Positions 44,914-58,400 of a stretch of DNA of 64,000 nt are shown here, piece after piece. The stretch comes from Monocercomonoides exilis PA203 (lineage: Eukaryota > Protista > Preaxostyla). The notes under the pieces were generated by a model. It had not been told where the DNA came from. It did no database searches and worked only from the letters and a program-made list of their open reading frames with translations. The translations under genes were made by a program, and so were the position numbers. The stretch is taken from assembly GCA_001643675.2 (NCBI GenBank), contig LSRY02000023.1:496001-560000 (forward strand). Reading direction: 5' to 3'. Each line of letters begins with the position of its first letter. Position 1 is the first letter of the stretch.

Positions 44914-45949
44914 AATTCTTAAGTTGATACATTTTATAAGACAAAAGTTTTGTAATCTTGATACAAGAATAATAAATTCTCTAAAGTTCATTATTTTCTC
45001 AAAAAGATAAATATTAAAACTTCCATCTTTTCATCAATAAATATTTTACAGAAATTCCACTTGGTACACAATCATCGCTGTAAATTATTCATTTGCCTGC
45101 AATAACTTAAAATTTTTCTCTTAGCTAATTTAAAAGATGAGAAATTGATGAAAGTGAACTTTGAAACGCAGTATGCATTGAGAGCATTTAATTAACGAAA
45201 AGAAAATTAAAAACAATATATGGGACGATATTTTTAACTTTATGTATTTTGTTCCAATCTGCACATTTTATTATATTTCTCAGTTTTGAAAATTTTCTTA
45301 TGTTTTTTTGACACGAGAATGAAAGACTTATCATGATAAGGTTGTGGGAAAAGTTTGGAACAAATTGTTGTTTTTTTCAAAAATGCAAGAATTATGCTCC
45401 ATATTTTTTCATTTTGCCCCATATTTTTCCCACCTTTCACTATTAGAATAACTTTGAGAGAATTTGAAGAGAAGTGAAAATGTTTGGATTGAAGGAAATA
45501 TAAAGTTGAACTTAATGAGAACTTGGAAATAAAAGCATAAATTGGAGTTATTTCTGATTGGATTTGCAGACTTCACAAGAACCAAATTTTTCATCAATTG
45601 GTTATTGTACTCTTTCTGCCTGGGATGAATGATGGCTGCACCAGATCCTTCAGCAATGACATGAGAGATCATTTTCTGATGCAATCTGAATCGTGCTCGT
45701 TTGTGAGAAATTTGAAGCACAGAATTGATGTAAAGATGTTGGATGGCCTTTCTTTCTATGAAATCTTCTAATTCTTCTTCTTCACCATCAACAGTCAAAT
45801 CATTTCAAATCGCTCTTTTTCTGAAACTTCGATTTGTTATTAATCTGAAGGTGCATAAATGTCGTTTTCGTATTCTTCGTTTTCGTCACAGGGAAAATAC
45901 ATTTTTCCTTTTTCTCAATTTTATTCTCCTTTCACTGAAATCCGTCTTT

Positions 45950-47140
45950 ATTGCACTTTTCAACTGAAATCGGTTATTCCTGCCTTTGTCAGCAATCGCA
46001 TCTCAATGCAATTTATTACTTCTTCTCACACGTTAAACACCTCAACCATCGCTGTATCAGAAGGAACTGTTGCAGGCGCTGTGAAGAAAATGACAACGAT
46101 GATGAAGAATATGATGATTTGATATCTCCTTCAATTGCAACTTCTCTGTTCAGGTTGGAAAGAAAAGCAAAGAGGAGTGAAGCCGAGTTCAGATCAACGG
46201 CAGATGAAGAAGATGAAGGTGATGAGAGAAAAAGGAAATCAGCGGTGCTGTGTCTGAAACGAGATGGTTTTCAAGAAAAGTCAGCATGGAAGGCAGAAGC
46301 TAATTTGAGCGATTCAAAAACAACATGCACTTCTCATGCAGAAATATGAATCATCTGATAATATTTTCCTTTTTTTCCTCATTGAAAAAATGGATGGTCA
46401 AATTATTGTGAGACAGAGGAGACAAGAATGAGAAGAATGCAAATGAAGCAAAGAGATGAAGACTTCTTTCCTTTGCTGAAGGTGAGAAGACTAGATTTGA
46501 GGAAAACCCTTTTCAAATAATTGAAAAAGAAGAGGAAGAATCATTTCCGATAACAGAACCAACAAAACCGAAAATTAAAGCAAATGAAGAAAAAGAACAA
46601 GAAGAAAAAGATTGGAACGAGTTGATGGAATGTGCCAATCATTTGTTAAAATAAGAGCGAGAAGAGCTTGACGGAGGCGATATATCAGAAGAATCAACAT
46701 CAGATGATGATGAAAAGGATGAAGACAGCAAACCATCTCTTTTTTCAACTCAAGTCCGAACTCCATCTGACATTTATAAGGCTTACAAAGCTCAGCATCC
46801 CGATCAATCAAAAACTCAGCCAGTACATCATCTTGTCACGCGACACATTAATTCTAATGATAGCACTTCATCATCAACCACGCCTTCTTCTTCTTCTTCT
46901 TCGCCCTCACCCCAATCGCCTTCTGCCATCTCTCTGAACAGTGAATCTCCTTCAACTTCTGTTATTGACATCACGTCAAGTTCTTCTTCTGCAATGAATC
47001 AACAAGCTCAATCATCATCTCACATGTCAACATCTCAAATATCATCTGCAGCACCAAAAAACGTATCTTCTATTTCCAATTCACGTTCTTTGGATGGCTC
47101 TGTTTTTCAAAGAAAATCAAAGGCTTTTACAGGAATTGTA
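45950..47140 (+). pseudogene. Fragmented Ser-rich gene remnant
   Basis: Short ORFs in shifting frames; Ser-rich stretch ending at donor-like GTATGT ~47138. Confidence 0.3.
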
Positions 47141-47716
47141 TGTCTCTTTTTAATTATTTCTTTGATTGATTAATTATTATTGTGTTTTTTCTTTTTCTAA
47201 AAATGCATTATTTGGGAACTTGATAACAATTAAATAAAAAGATACAATGTTTGTTTTATTGAAAAAATTCAAATTTAAAGAAATATTTTCAAAAAGGGCA
47301 CTTCATTCTGGAAGAATATTTTTTTTTGTCTCAACAAATATTTTATATAACTTTTTTTATAAATTTTTGATTTGTAACAAACTTCAAGATGATAATGTTT
47401 TGTCGGTGATAAAAATCGAAAATATGTTCATTACAAGATGGCCACTCACTGCCTAATGTTTACAAATTCGTGCAAAGGGAATAATTGCGAATCTTTAATT
47501 TTTCAATTTTGACTTTTTTTAACAAAGAAGAATGAAAATTCTAAGTTCATGCATGGCAGCCCATTACACTTCTAAGTGAGATTTGAATTTAAATCTTAAA
47601 GTTCAAAAGTGTGCATCTTTTGAATTGAGAGATATCTTTTTGAGATTTTTATTCAATTTTTCGTTATAACTATTGAAATACCTGCTTTTATCAATGAAAG
47701 GAATAAAATATTAAAG

Positions 47717-49106
47717 ATGGAATCAACAAAAAAGTTTCTAGGTGTGTTTTCACAATTTTTAAATCATTATGAAAGTATTTTTGTCATTCAATTGAGTAGA
47801 AATGATGCATCGGCTGGAAGGTTGTGCTAATGTTGACCGGAAACTGAAAATAGTTAATTTGAACGGTTTTATTGACAATATGAGCAAGGATGAATTTATT
47901 GATATTCTCAATGAAGAAATGTTTGATGAATTAAATTTGTTGATTGCAGCAAACGGGTTATCTTTGGAAAATATTGTTTTTCTGCTGAAGCATATTGGTT
48001 ACTACAAATCTTTATTGGGAATTCGCAATAACAGTTTTGATGAATCACTGTTGTGCAGAAGATTGTCGATGATGATAATTGATGAAAATAGAAAATCACA
48101 AAAAGATGAAAAACTTCTGACTGATCTGTGTGAATGCTGCATTTCATTGGTTGATCAGCAATCCAACTTATCTGAAGAACTTTTTTCGATTTGTCAGGGT
48201 TGCTTATTGAGAGCTCCTTTGAAGAATTATAAAAACAAAAAAATGAGTAATGAAGTGGAAATTGCGTTGATATGCCTGAATTCCATAACTCGTTCTTTGG
48301 TTTGACTATTGTTAAGTGTTGCTTATTTCTATTGATTGTTTATGTTTTCACAGAATAAAGTGTATTATTATGATGCTGATGCGTTTGAATCAATGATTAA
48401 GGATCACATGAATTATGACTTTCTCTCAAACCTGTCTTATCAATCGGCCATAGAGTTTTATTACTCAAAATTATACAATCATTCTATTTTAAATGTCAAT
48501 GATAATCGTCATTTCGTAAGAGAAGCGACAGAAGAATTAGAAAAACTGGGAAGAAGCATCAATTGGACGAAGAAAATTCACAACATCAAAGAGATTAGTG
48601 AAATAATTGTGATTAAGAAATGGTGCTCAATGATCTTCTTTTTTGCAAAGAAATTCCAATTGAGCAAAGAAGAAATGATGTGGCTTCTTCCTTGCCTTGC
48701 AAGATTAATCTGTCTCGCGAAGGATAATCATAAAGAAGTTGCTGAGAAATGCATCACTTTTATTGAAGCAAATGTGAATGAAGATTCATCGATTGTTGTT
48801 CATGATTTTTTGAGAGGGCAAGCTGCATGTTGCGTCTTGGGGGAAATGTGTAGATTACCATCAAAGGATTCTTTGTATCACAGCAGATTGGCATTTTTCT
48901 CGTTTCTTTCAAACAGATTGAACAAAAATGACAGATTGACAAGAGATGAAAAAAAGAGTTATGTTGTGAAGAGGGAGATTGCAGACAGATTAGAAGAAGA
49001 AGGATACGAAGACCTGCTTATAAGTTTTCGTGGAATGGGGAATTGCACGAAGTTTAATGACTTGGATATTGCAACAAATCCTGTTGATTATTTCGTGACT
49101 ATCTAA
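47717..49106 (+). CDS. EEEGYED-family copy 5 (divergent); join(47717..47741,47800..48299,48354..49106)
   Basis: Same two introns (phase 1, phase 0); LLKHIGY, DLCECC, NEVEIALICL, RLEEEGYED. Confidence 0.8.
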
Positions 49107-49347
49107 GTTCAACAAACTTGTCAGGTGCATGCTGCATTGAAGAGGCAAAACGAAATTTAGCCGAGGTGCTTTTCACTCTTTTAATTTTAAAAAAATCAAA
49201 AAAGCAGAAAAAGGAAATGTGTTTATGATTTGTTTCAGTTTAATTCCAATTATTTTTGAATTTGATTGAGTAACTTTGATAAACATTTTATTTCGATTTG
49301 AACTCTGTTATTTTTTATTAAATCCTATGATTTTTTATTTGTGTGTA

Positions 49348-50359
49348 GGGTCAACTTTTTAATGGGACTTTTTCATTTATTGGCACTTTTTTTATTTTCG
49401 ACAACAAAAAGCTGAAAAGTGTAAAGTGGCTTTCAGCATTTGGATAACAGATTTTAACAAAGTTTGTTCAATTTATTACCGGTTTGTTTTTTAATTTTTA
49501 TTTATTATTTAACGAGACATTACGTTTTTTTTGATAAATTTGAATTGGTTTTTCCCACTCAACCAAGCATTTCCAGAAAATGAAAAATACTGTTTTCAAA
49601 AGCACTAACTTTTATCTAGCTGTTTTTTAATTCTTTTTTTTTGGCAAACAATTTTTTCGTGTTATTTTTGCATTTCATTTTTTTAACAACATGCTAACAT
49701 AAAACTGATTGTTTCTTTTAAAATATAATGAAATGATAAAAATAAAAATTTGATATGAAAAACAAATACTCTAATAATGAAGTGTTGAAAAAATAAAACG
49801 TTAATTTTTTATATTTGTCAAGAACTTAACAATGTCACAAAAGTTTGATCGAAGATCAAATATTGTTGGAGCCATTTGTCCGTTAAAGATAAATAGAAAA
49901 TGAGAATGTTTTATTTTTTCAACACTTCATTATTAGAGTATTTGTTTTTCATATCAAATTTTTATTTTTATCATTTCATTATATTTTAAAAGAAACAATC
50001 AGTTTTATGTTAGCATGTTGTTAAAAAAATGAAATGCAAAAATAACACGAAAAAATTGTTTGCCAAAAAAAAAGAATTAAAAAACAGCTAGATAAAAGTT
50101 AGTGCTTTTGAAAACAGTATTTTTCATTTTCTGGAAATGCTTGGTTGAGTGGGAAAAACCAATTCAAATTTATCAAAAAAAACGTAATGTCTCGTTAAAT
50201 AATAAATAAAAATTAAAAAACAAACCGGTAATAAATTGAACAAACTTTGTTAAAATCTGTTATCCAAATGCTGAAAGCCACTTTACACTTTTCAGCTTTT
50301 TGTTGTCGAAAATAAAAAAAGTGCCAATAAAGGAAAAAGTCCCATTAAAAAGTTGACCC
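49348..50359. mobile_element. Foldback/MITE: 452-bp TIRs, 108-bp spacer, TA flanks
   Basis: 49348-49799 is the reverse complement of 49908-50359 (one mismatch noticed); termini TA|GGGTCAAC...GTTGACCC|TA. Confidence 0.9.
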
Positions 50360-51450
50360 TATGGCATTATTATGGATGATCTTTTTTGAAATCATGTTTT
50401 CATCCGAGTTTTGTTCAGATTATGTTTCTCCAAGCAAATGGTTTAAAAATAGCTTTTTCTGAGTGTTCTGTTTCCAAAATGGTGTTCGTATTTCAGATAA
50501 TCTATTTTTGAGTCATTTGCATGGAGAAAAATTATTTGAACAAAACTGGAATGAAAGTGTGATTTCAAAAAGGATTGTTATTATTCGTTGAAATACGAAT
50601 GAAATATATATATTTGTTTTTGATTTTGAATATGTTTTTTTTTTTTTTTTTCTTTTTCATTTTTATTTATTTATTTTTTATTTTGCAAATGTCATTTATT
50701 CCATTTGAAGTGTGATTTTATTTGTGTGAACAACATTTTGACCAAATGCATTTCCTTCATTTGAGCGAATATATTTTCATTGAATCTCTATTTTCAGCAA
50801 TAACAAAAAATAAATCAATTTTTTGCGTTGTTGATAAAAGATTTCTGGTTTTTTTAACATTCAAGAAAATAAAAGGATGGATTATTCTTTTTGGTGTTGA
50901 AAGTTTTCAAACATGAAAAGCTTTATAAAGATTTTCAACATCTATTAAAATCGATTTTTTCCAAAAGATTAAAAGACGATTTGAAGTTCATTGCCATTCT
51001 TCAAATTGGAGAAAAAAAGAGAAAATTGCTTTTTTTGCAAATCAAATAGTGTTCAAAACAAATTTCACATTCATAACAAGGAAAATTGGCAATTTAATGA
51101 AATTTTTTTGAAAATTATTTCTTCAAAAATAATCTCATAAATTAAGAGTTGAATGATAAAAGTGTGGCTCATATTCTTGAATTAAACATTTTCGATCTTT
51201 ATTCTATTTTTTTATAAAAGATATGACAGTCTTTATCTGCAAACAAAACAAGATTGAGCTATCCTTTCAACGCACCACCATTTGAGAGCTTATTTCAATT
51301 TTGCACATTTCAGAAGCCTTGCTTCATTTCAAAAAGAGATAAATTAAAAAATTTTGAAATATTTCAAATGATTGCTTTTTATTTTTGTGAAATGATGAAA
51401 CAAGAAAAACAAATAATTGTGAGTCACAAAATTCAAAACATCTCATTTTC

Positions 51451-52915
51451 TCAAACATTTAGAGAATAATCTGAAATATGCATCGATAACTGATATGAAT
51501 AATATTTTGTTTTGTCAATAAAATAAAATATTCCATGAAAGCTTGTGTTGGTATCTTTGTATCCTTCTTCTTCCATCATTTCGTGTATCTCCATTTTCAT
51601 TGCCTTTCTTTTCGCTTCTGAAGCTTCACCATCCTCCTCCTTTTTCAGTCTTTTTAAAATTTCCAAAAGGCATATCATATAGTTCATAAAAAAACTGTCA
51701 TTTAATGTTGGTCGCTGAAGCTCCTTCAAAATGAGATCAAAAACTCCGCCTTTCAGCAAGTCATCAATTTCGATATTTCTCTTTCCGGCTGCTCCTCTTA
51801 ACAATTCCATGCATCGACAGCTAATTCCTCTGTGATTAGCCATTGCAACTCGGAATATCTGAACAATGCTTCCGATAAGCTCAGAATATTCTTCATTCCA
51901 CAATTTGCAATCCTTGATGAAAACGTGCAGTATTTTCAGCCATTTCATCAAAAGAATATCTTCTTCTGTTTCTTGTTTCTTATTTTTAACCGCCCAATTC
52001 ACACATTTTGCCTCTTCATTCAACTCTCTTCCTGCCTCTCTTGCAAAATGCAGCTTGTTCACAATCATCTGTTCTAATTTTCTATTACCGTAAAGCCCAT
52101 TTATCAATAACCTCCACGCAGAATAATACGCAAGACAAGTCAGGTTACGATGCTTTTGATGATGCTTCAAAATTTCTTTGATCTCTTTTTGATGTTGTTC
52201 TCCAATCCATCCCTAATCAAAAATAAATAAATAAATAAAAGAGGGAGAAAGAAAGAAAGAAAGAAAGAAATAATAAATAAATAAATAAATAAACAACAGC
52301 AAAAACATAATAGAAATGCTCACACATATTCACCGATGCGGCTCAAAGCCAACAAAGCCATTTCCACCTCTTTTTGTGCGTTTTCATCTTCCACCTTGTT
52401 CAATGCAACTTTCAGAAGGTAAGGCACGCAAATTGATATCAATCTCCAATGAATTTCGTGGACAAGCATAAGATAGCATTCACAAAGATCAACAAGAAGC
52501 TTTTCATCTTTTCCTTCTTCTTTCTCATCTTCATCAATTATCATCTTTTGAAATCTTTCATTCAATGAACAATAATCAAAGTCAGGAATCCATTCACATT
52601 TCAGCACTTTGAAATACCCAATGTGCTTCCCCAATAAGCATGCATTTTCCAAAGTCAATTTCTCTTCTTCAATCATTTTATTCAAATTGTCGAGCAGGCA
52701 TCCTGAAAAAATAGAATTAAAGTCCTCTTTGCTCATCCTTTCTATCACTTCATTCATTTCTTCGATTTTCGCTTTTTGTTCTTCCTCATTGCAACCTTCA
52801 AGTTCAGAAAACAACTCTGAACAAAAAAACGGAAAAAGAAATGCAATCAGCAAGAATTCAAATGCAATAATATCTGCAAACTAGTTAATTTTTGAGCGAT
52901 ATCCTTTGCCGACAT
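51451..52915 (-). CDS. EEEGYED-family copy 6; complement(join(51451..52212,52326..52816,52882..52915))
   Basis: In-frame splicing at the same intron positions; DLCECY, KEVEMALLALS, RNLTCLAY, MMEEEGYKD. Confidence 0.8.
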
Positions 52916-53925
52916 TTTCTTGAGAACGTTGCATTTAGAAAACGATATCATTTTCACATGCACGTTGAATAAGAACACGTTTGATGAGAAGAAGCAGGGA
53001 AGAAAATAATAAAATAAAATAAAATCTAAGAGCCTATCATAAATATATCAGTGTTTATGCCTTCGCTTTTAGTATTTTCATTGGCAAGAAATTAAAGAAA
53101 ATGCAAAGATTTATCTTTCCTCTTTATTTGTAATGGATTAAAAGATCGAATTTCACTTTTTTTGAACAATATTAAAAATTGGTAAAAATAAGCGAAAGGA
53201 AAATGAATTATTCCTTTGGCATATGAAAGACTTAGAATAATTTGTTAAAAAAAAAATAAAATTATTTTGATAGAACGCAGTGAGACAGGTTTGCTCCGAG
53301 ATGATGAGTATTGCACACGATTTATAGGTGGTTTAAGTGAGAACTTCGTACTCCCAAATATGACGTGGAAAAAAGGGCTTGATGAAATTATAGACAAAAA
53401 CATTCAAACTATAAAAAAGTATATTATGAATTGTCCGCTTCACTTCACCTCCGACTTCGCCTTTTCGCCTTGGTCACGAAGACCAGAGGGCAGGGGACAT
53501 TGCCCCTCGGAGCTCTTTCCTGCAGCCCGTGCAGGGATCCGGTGAGGCGAAAGCTCAAAACGGAGCAGAAAGAAAAACCACTCTCGCTTTCACGAAACAT
53601 GGAAATGAAACTGCCTGTGATATGCTCTGCCTCCCGCTCTTCTGCTAATCCAGCAGAGCAAATCCACCCACCACGCACTGTGTGGGTCAGTCTGATTCTT
53701 CTCCTTGTATTTGTTCGACACTAATTAAAGGAGCAGGATCCTTCAAAGAACTTATTATTCCTTCCCTGTTTCTTTATCTAGGTTTTCGATGCACCAGTAT
53801 GACTTCGGGCGGTTGATTCTCCTTTTTTCCCTTGATTATCTCGCACCTTTTTTCTCGTCATCTTCTCTCAAGCGTATGGCTTTCGTACGTACCCAGCCGC
53901 TTTGAGTCTTTCCATCCGCATTTGA

Positions 53926-54021
53926 ATTATCTCAGAGCAAACCTGTCTCACTGCGTTCTATCAATTTACAATGGAGCGAATCTACGAACGCAAGGAGCTA
54001 GATAGCTCCGAGATAATGAGT
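53926..54021 (+). other. Internal complementary region (ICR) of the DIRS element
   Basis: 53926-53964 is the reverse complement of 53267-53305; 53965-54021 is approximately the reverse complement of 57506-57562; the two halves abut. Confidence 0.85.
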
Positions 54022-54639
54022 TTTGAAAGCCCTTTAATATATTTATTCTTATTTAATTTTATATTTATTTATTTATTTATAATGATCTTTAACCCTCCTG
54101 ACTAGCATTTCATCGTGCGGTGGATGAACTGAGAGCATGCGGATGAAGGTGCGGGAACTGGCTCCACTCCCTTTCTTTCTCAAGGTGATTCTGAGTCCTT
54201 CTCAGCCAGTAATTCGATTCTTTTTAGTTCTTTATAAACCAACCTGAACAGCTCACACCCTGCTTCCTCCAATCTGTGGCCTTCTTTCTCTGTGAGGCAG
54301 TGCGTTTGCTTCCAGTCAGCTCGCAAACGCTGCTGAGAATAATGAGGGGTGTTCTCCGACGCAATGGTCGTTGGGATGAGTTGTGTTATGATTAAGTTAT
54401 TTCTCTTTGCTTTCTCTCTTCTTTAAGCTATAATTCTCGTTTATTTGTCTCCTTTCTCCTTCCTCACATCTTCTTCTCCCAAAGCTTCTGATATCATTTC
54501 AGTGCAATTTTTCATCTCTGAATTTGCTTTCTCGATTCTCATATCCTTCCTTCCTCTATTTATATCCAACTTTTCTTCTTCTCCACTTAGTAATCCTGGG
54601 TATCCAGTTGTCTTCAGGATTAATTTCGTGTCGAAAACC

Positions 54640-55430
54640 GGAAATTGTAAAGTATTTCTGTTCCACTCTTGAACTCGGTTTACATCTCGCTTTTGCATTG
54701 ATCTCTTTCCAATCCGAACCTATTCTTCTTGATTAATGTATTATAACTATATGTCTAATCGAGAATGTGGTCAAAGAATCGTGTATTTAAGACTCTCTTT
54801 GAATAGCTTCTAACTCTTCTTTTATTCTCTGCACACTTGCAGGCAGACATTCTATTTTACCAACCACACATGTTCCTCCATAAAAGTTGTCCTGGCAAAA
54901 TAAAACCAACGTTGGAGCGTTTCTTCTGCATCTGTGAGTGCATTTGAATGTTTGTTAATATCGATTTTTATAGTATTCCTTTCTGTCATCAATATCGGCA
55001 CTTCCATTAATATTGTATTCTCTTTTGATATTGAACATTCCCTTCTCATTCTTTCCAGCTTTGCTGGCCTTAAAGCTCCAAAGATCATAGTGTTGATGAA
55101 GGCTCTCCTCTGGAGTGCATGTGGGTCTGTTGCGTTATATGTGGTTTCTTCCACTTTTGTGATAGTTGAAAAATCCCACATTGATTCAAATTGCTTGCAC
55201 CTTCTCTGCTAATCTCTCTCGTAAGTTTAAAGAAATGATCAATATCATTCTCATTCGTCTTTATTTCTCTGAAAAGAACTATTGACTCAATCACTTTTCT
55301 TTCAGTTTTATTTTTCTCTCCACTTGAAACATTTGTATTGGATAGAGTTTCATATAATTGTGCCATTATACACCTGGCATCTTTGGTTGTGAGGAAGTTT
55401 GAATCATCCACACTTTCTCTATCCAAGAAT
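54640..55430 (-). pseudogene. Tyrosine recombinase (DIRS YR) remnant
   Basis: WDFSTI...RRAFINTMIFGALRPAKL (catalytic Arg box) followed by a frameshifted His-x-x-Arg/Trp/Tyr region. Confidence 0.65.
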
Positions 55431-58400
55431 TGCTTTTATCTTCGCAGCGCTCTCCACGTATCTCTTTCACTTTCTTGGTTTCTCAATGTTGTTGCTGATA
55501 AATCCTTCGCTCCAACATCATCTCCCCATGTTTGAAAAAGGTCACTTCTTAGATGTTCTCCTCTCCAGTCTTGTTCTTATGAATTCTTATGGGGGTAATT
55601 TCCTTCCTTCCTTTCTAACCTCTTTTGAGATCAAATAAATGTTTCTCAATAACAGACTAGTTCAATCTCGTTCATTAACAATTCTTTCTTTCTCTTCCGT
55701 TTCAGAGGGGATAGTTCACAAATAGTTTTTCAGGGAACCGGAGCAATCGTGTCTGCAATAACATCAAGTCTTCTCGGTGCGAATGTTTGAAATTTCTCTG
55801 CGACTTTTTCCACTCTCAGTGCATGGCTCGGTTTTTTTTAAGTCCGGCTGAGTGTATCGATCAGTATATTCGCTGAGATAAGCGGAGTCTTCTCCTTGTT
55901 TCATCACTCCCTACTAGAAGGCTTATTTCTGTGTCCGCCTCTCACTCCATTCCACTGTATATTGTTCTATCTTCTCCTTGCTATTATTCGCGAATTTCAC
56001 TTCTTCATATTTTCTCGCTATATTTAGCGGTTTATTTGAACGCACCTATCTCAGGATGATAAGCTGTTTCTTTCCGTATTATCAAATCGCAATTTCTCTC
56101 AATATCTTTCTCTCCTTATCTCACAGCAAACTCAACTCTCTTCATATTAACTCTTTCGATCTTCAGTGGTTTGTTACTCCACAATAATCTCGCGACAATA
56201 CACGGCTCTCTTTTATCTCTCAGTCCCGTTGTATTTCGCGGTTTCACATTTATGATAATCTCTCTTGTAATGAATAGTTTCCTTTCCAATTATAAATTTA
56301 TGATATTTCTCTATTATAGTTTGATATTGTGTCGCAACACAGCTTGTCTATATTTCCTTTGCAAATGTCTATCGATTTACTGAGTTTTCGATCTCAATTA
56401 TCATCTCGAGGCAAAGAGCGGCTCTCTCTTCTCTCTCTTCTCTCTCTCCTCTCTAGGCTTCGTGGCAAAGCACGGCTCTTCTTCCTTTAAATTTTATCAA
56501 TATTCTATTATTTCAATGTTATGTTATATTTCGACCCCATGCTCGGCTCTTCTTCCTTTGTTCGGTATATATATTTTTATTGTTTTCGTAATTTCATTCT
56601 TTGGGATAAACTCTCGAATATGCACAGCCTCATTTCTATTGATTATTTTTCAGCTGCAATATAAGTATCCTTAGATTGCGATTTTAAAATGAATATGTTT
56701 TGTTGATTCAATTATCCATATCTTGCGGAACCGCGCTATTCCTTTCCCTTATAATCTTCCTTCTATATTTTGCAAATTATCTATTTATCCCTATTTCGCT
56801 GCAATATGTGGCTCTTTTTCACTTCAAGTCTGCGTATATATTTTTTTTTCTTCTGTTTTTTCATTCTCTGAAATAAACTCTTGAGAATGCATGACTTCAT
56901 TTTAATAAATTGTATCTTTATTAAAAGTGGATTCTGTCTCGATAATCATCTCTCTGCAATATATGAATATATCTTCCTTTATTCTCGTAATATCAAAAGA
57001 TTTTTAAATTTTCCTATATCTCGTAGCATGTACGGCTCATTTTCCTGATAAATGAACAAAATATTATGTGGTTTACTTTTCCTTGAAAATATATTGAAAT
57101 ACATATCTTAATTATATGAAAATGTTTCACGATTTTTCGTGGTTTCAATTACCAAAAATGTTTCACGGAGCAACGTTGCACTCTTTCCATTGATAATCTC
57201 ACAATGATTTGTTGCTTCTATTCTTGTGTTGTCTTTTCACTATGCGCGGCTCTCTATTCGTCTTTATAGGCTGTGCACTTCCTTCCATTCCTGATGATGT
57301 ATTTCAAGGTCAGAACTTGGAAAGTTCTTCTATAATATTTTCCTTTCTTACCAGTTTCAGAAATCGATCTAAACCTTTTCCATCGCCGTCTATGTATTTT
57401 TTGTAACAGCCTGTTGCTTCCTTTTTATTGCGGACAATTTAAATCTACTTTGAATTTGAGTATTGGAGAAGTTAGATCTTAAACCACCCATAAATCGTGA
57501 ACCATACTCATTATTGAGGAGCAATCCTGCTCCTTGAGTTCGTAGATTCGCTCCATTGCGAATCCTTCACCAAAACAAAAAAATATATTAATTATTTGTA
57601 TTGTAATTATGTTTTTTAGTTATTATTTTTATTTTTATGAAACATCATTTGTGATATCTATGAATTAATTTTTTTTTCTTTTTCAGACTTTTTGAAAATG
57701 ATACGGTCTCAACACCAATTGCTATGCTTTTTCGAAACAAGAGTGTGCAATGTGTCATAAAAGCAAAACCAATGATCAAAGCGATTTCTGAAAAGAATGA
57801 CACGTTTTCTGTTTCTTATATGTCTATTAAGTTACAAATAAATATCGAAATTTTTATTTCTTTCTTTAAAATTGAAGAAATACCGTCAAAATTATTTGGT
57901 TGGGAATGATAAATATGTGTATTGTTTCTGAGAATTGTTCTTGAAAACATATAAAAATGAGCTTGATGTTTTCCGATTTTGTGTATCTTTTAATTTTTTT
58001 GTTTTTTTCTTCTTTTTTTGTTTTGGCTTCATTCAAGCAATCTCAATGAATCATGGAGGTTTGAGAAATGAGAATAAGCTCGCTATAACAAATGAAAAGA
58101 GCAAAAACATCGGAGAGTTGTTGAGAAAGAAGGAAAGGAAATATTTATTGAAATGAAGAAGACCAAGGCTGAGTGCTTCAATCACAATTTTGAAAGATTT
58201 TTCAAAAAAATATAATAGTTAATTGTGTATGCAAAGAAATCTTTTGGAGGTCAACTCGAACAGCGAGACAACAAAATTTTACTCTTTTTCAAGGTTGTTT
58301 CATTCAGAAATGTTTACACATTCGTTGCTGTTTTATTGAACATCTTTGGAATCGAAAACCACTCGGCTTCAGCTGACAGGAAATAACATTCAGAAGATGG

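Larger units (their letters stand above)
53267..57562 (-). mobile_element. Degenerate DIRS-type tyrosine-recombinase retroelement with ITRs and ICR
   Basis: Diverged ITRs (53273-53348 vs 57468-57542; shared GAGTAT..CACGATTTAT.GGTGGTTTAAG). Internal 53926-54021 is complementary to both termini. YR relic on the minus strand (FGALRPAKL; INAKAR.KPSSRV..KY) and RNase H/MT-like relic (NILIDTLSR...LDVIAD). Confidence 0.8.

Noticed and set aside
54103-54150. Additional hammerhead (GCATT..TCATC/GATGA CTGAGA..GAAG GTGC)
   Set aside because: Needs a deletion and several substitutions in the core; too degenerate to call.
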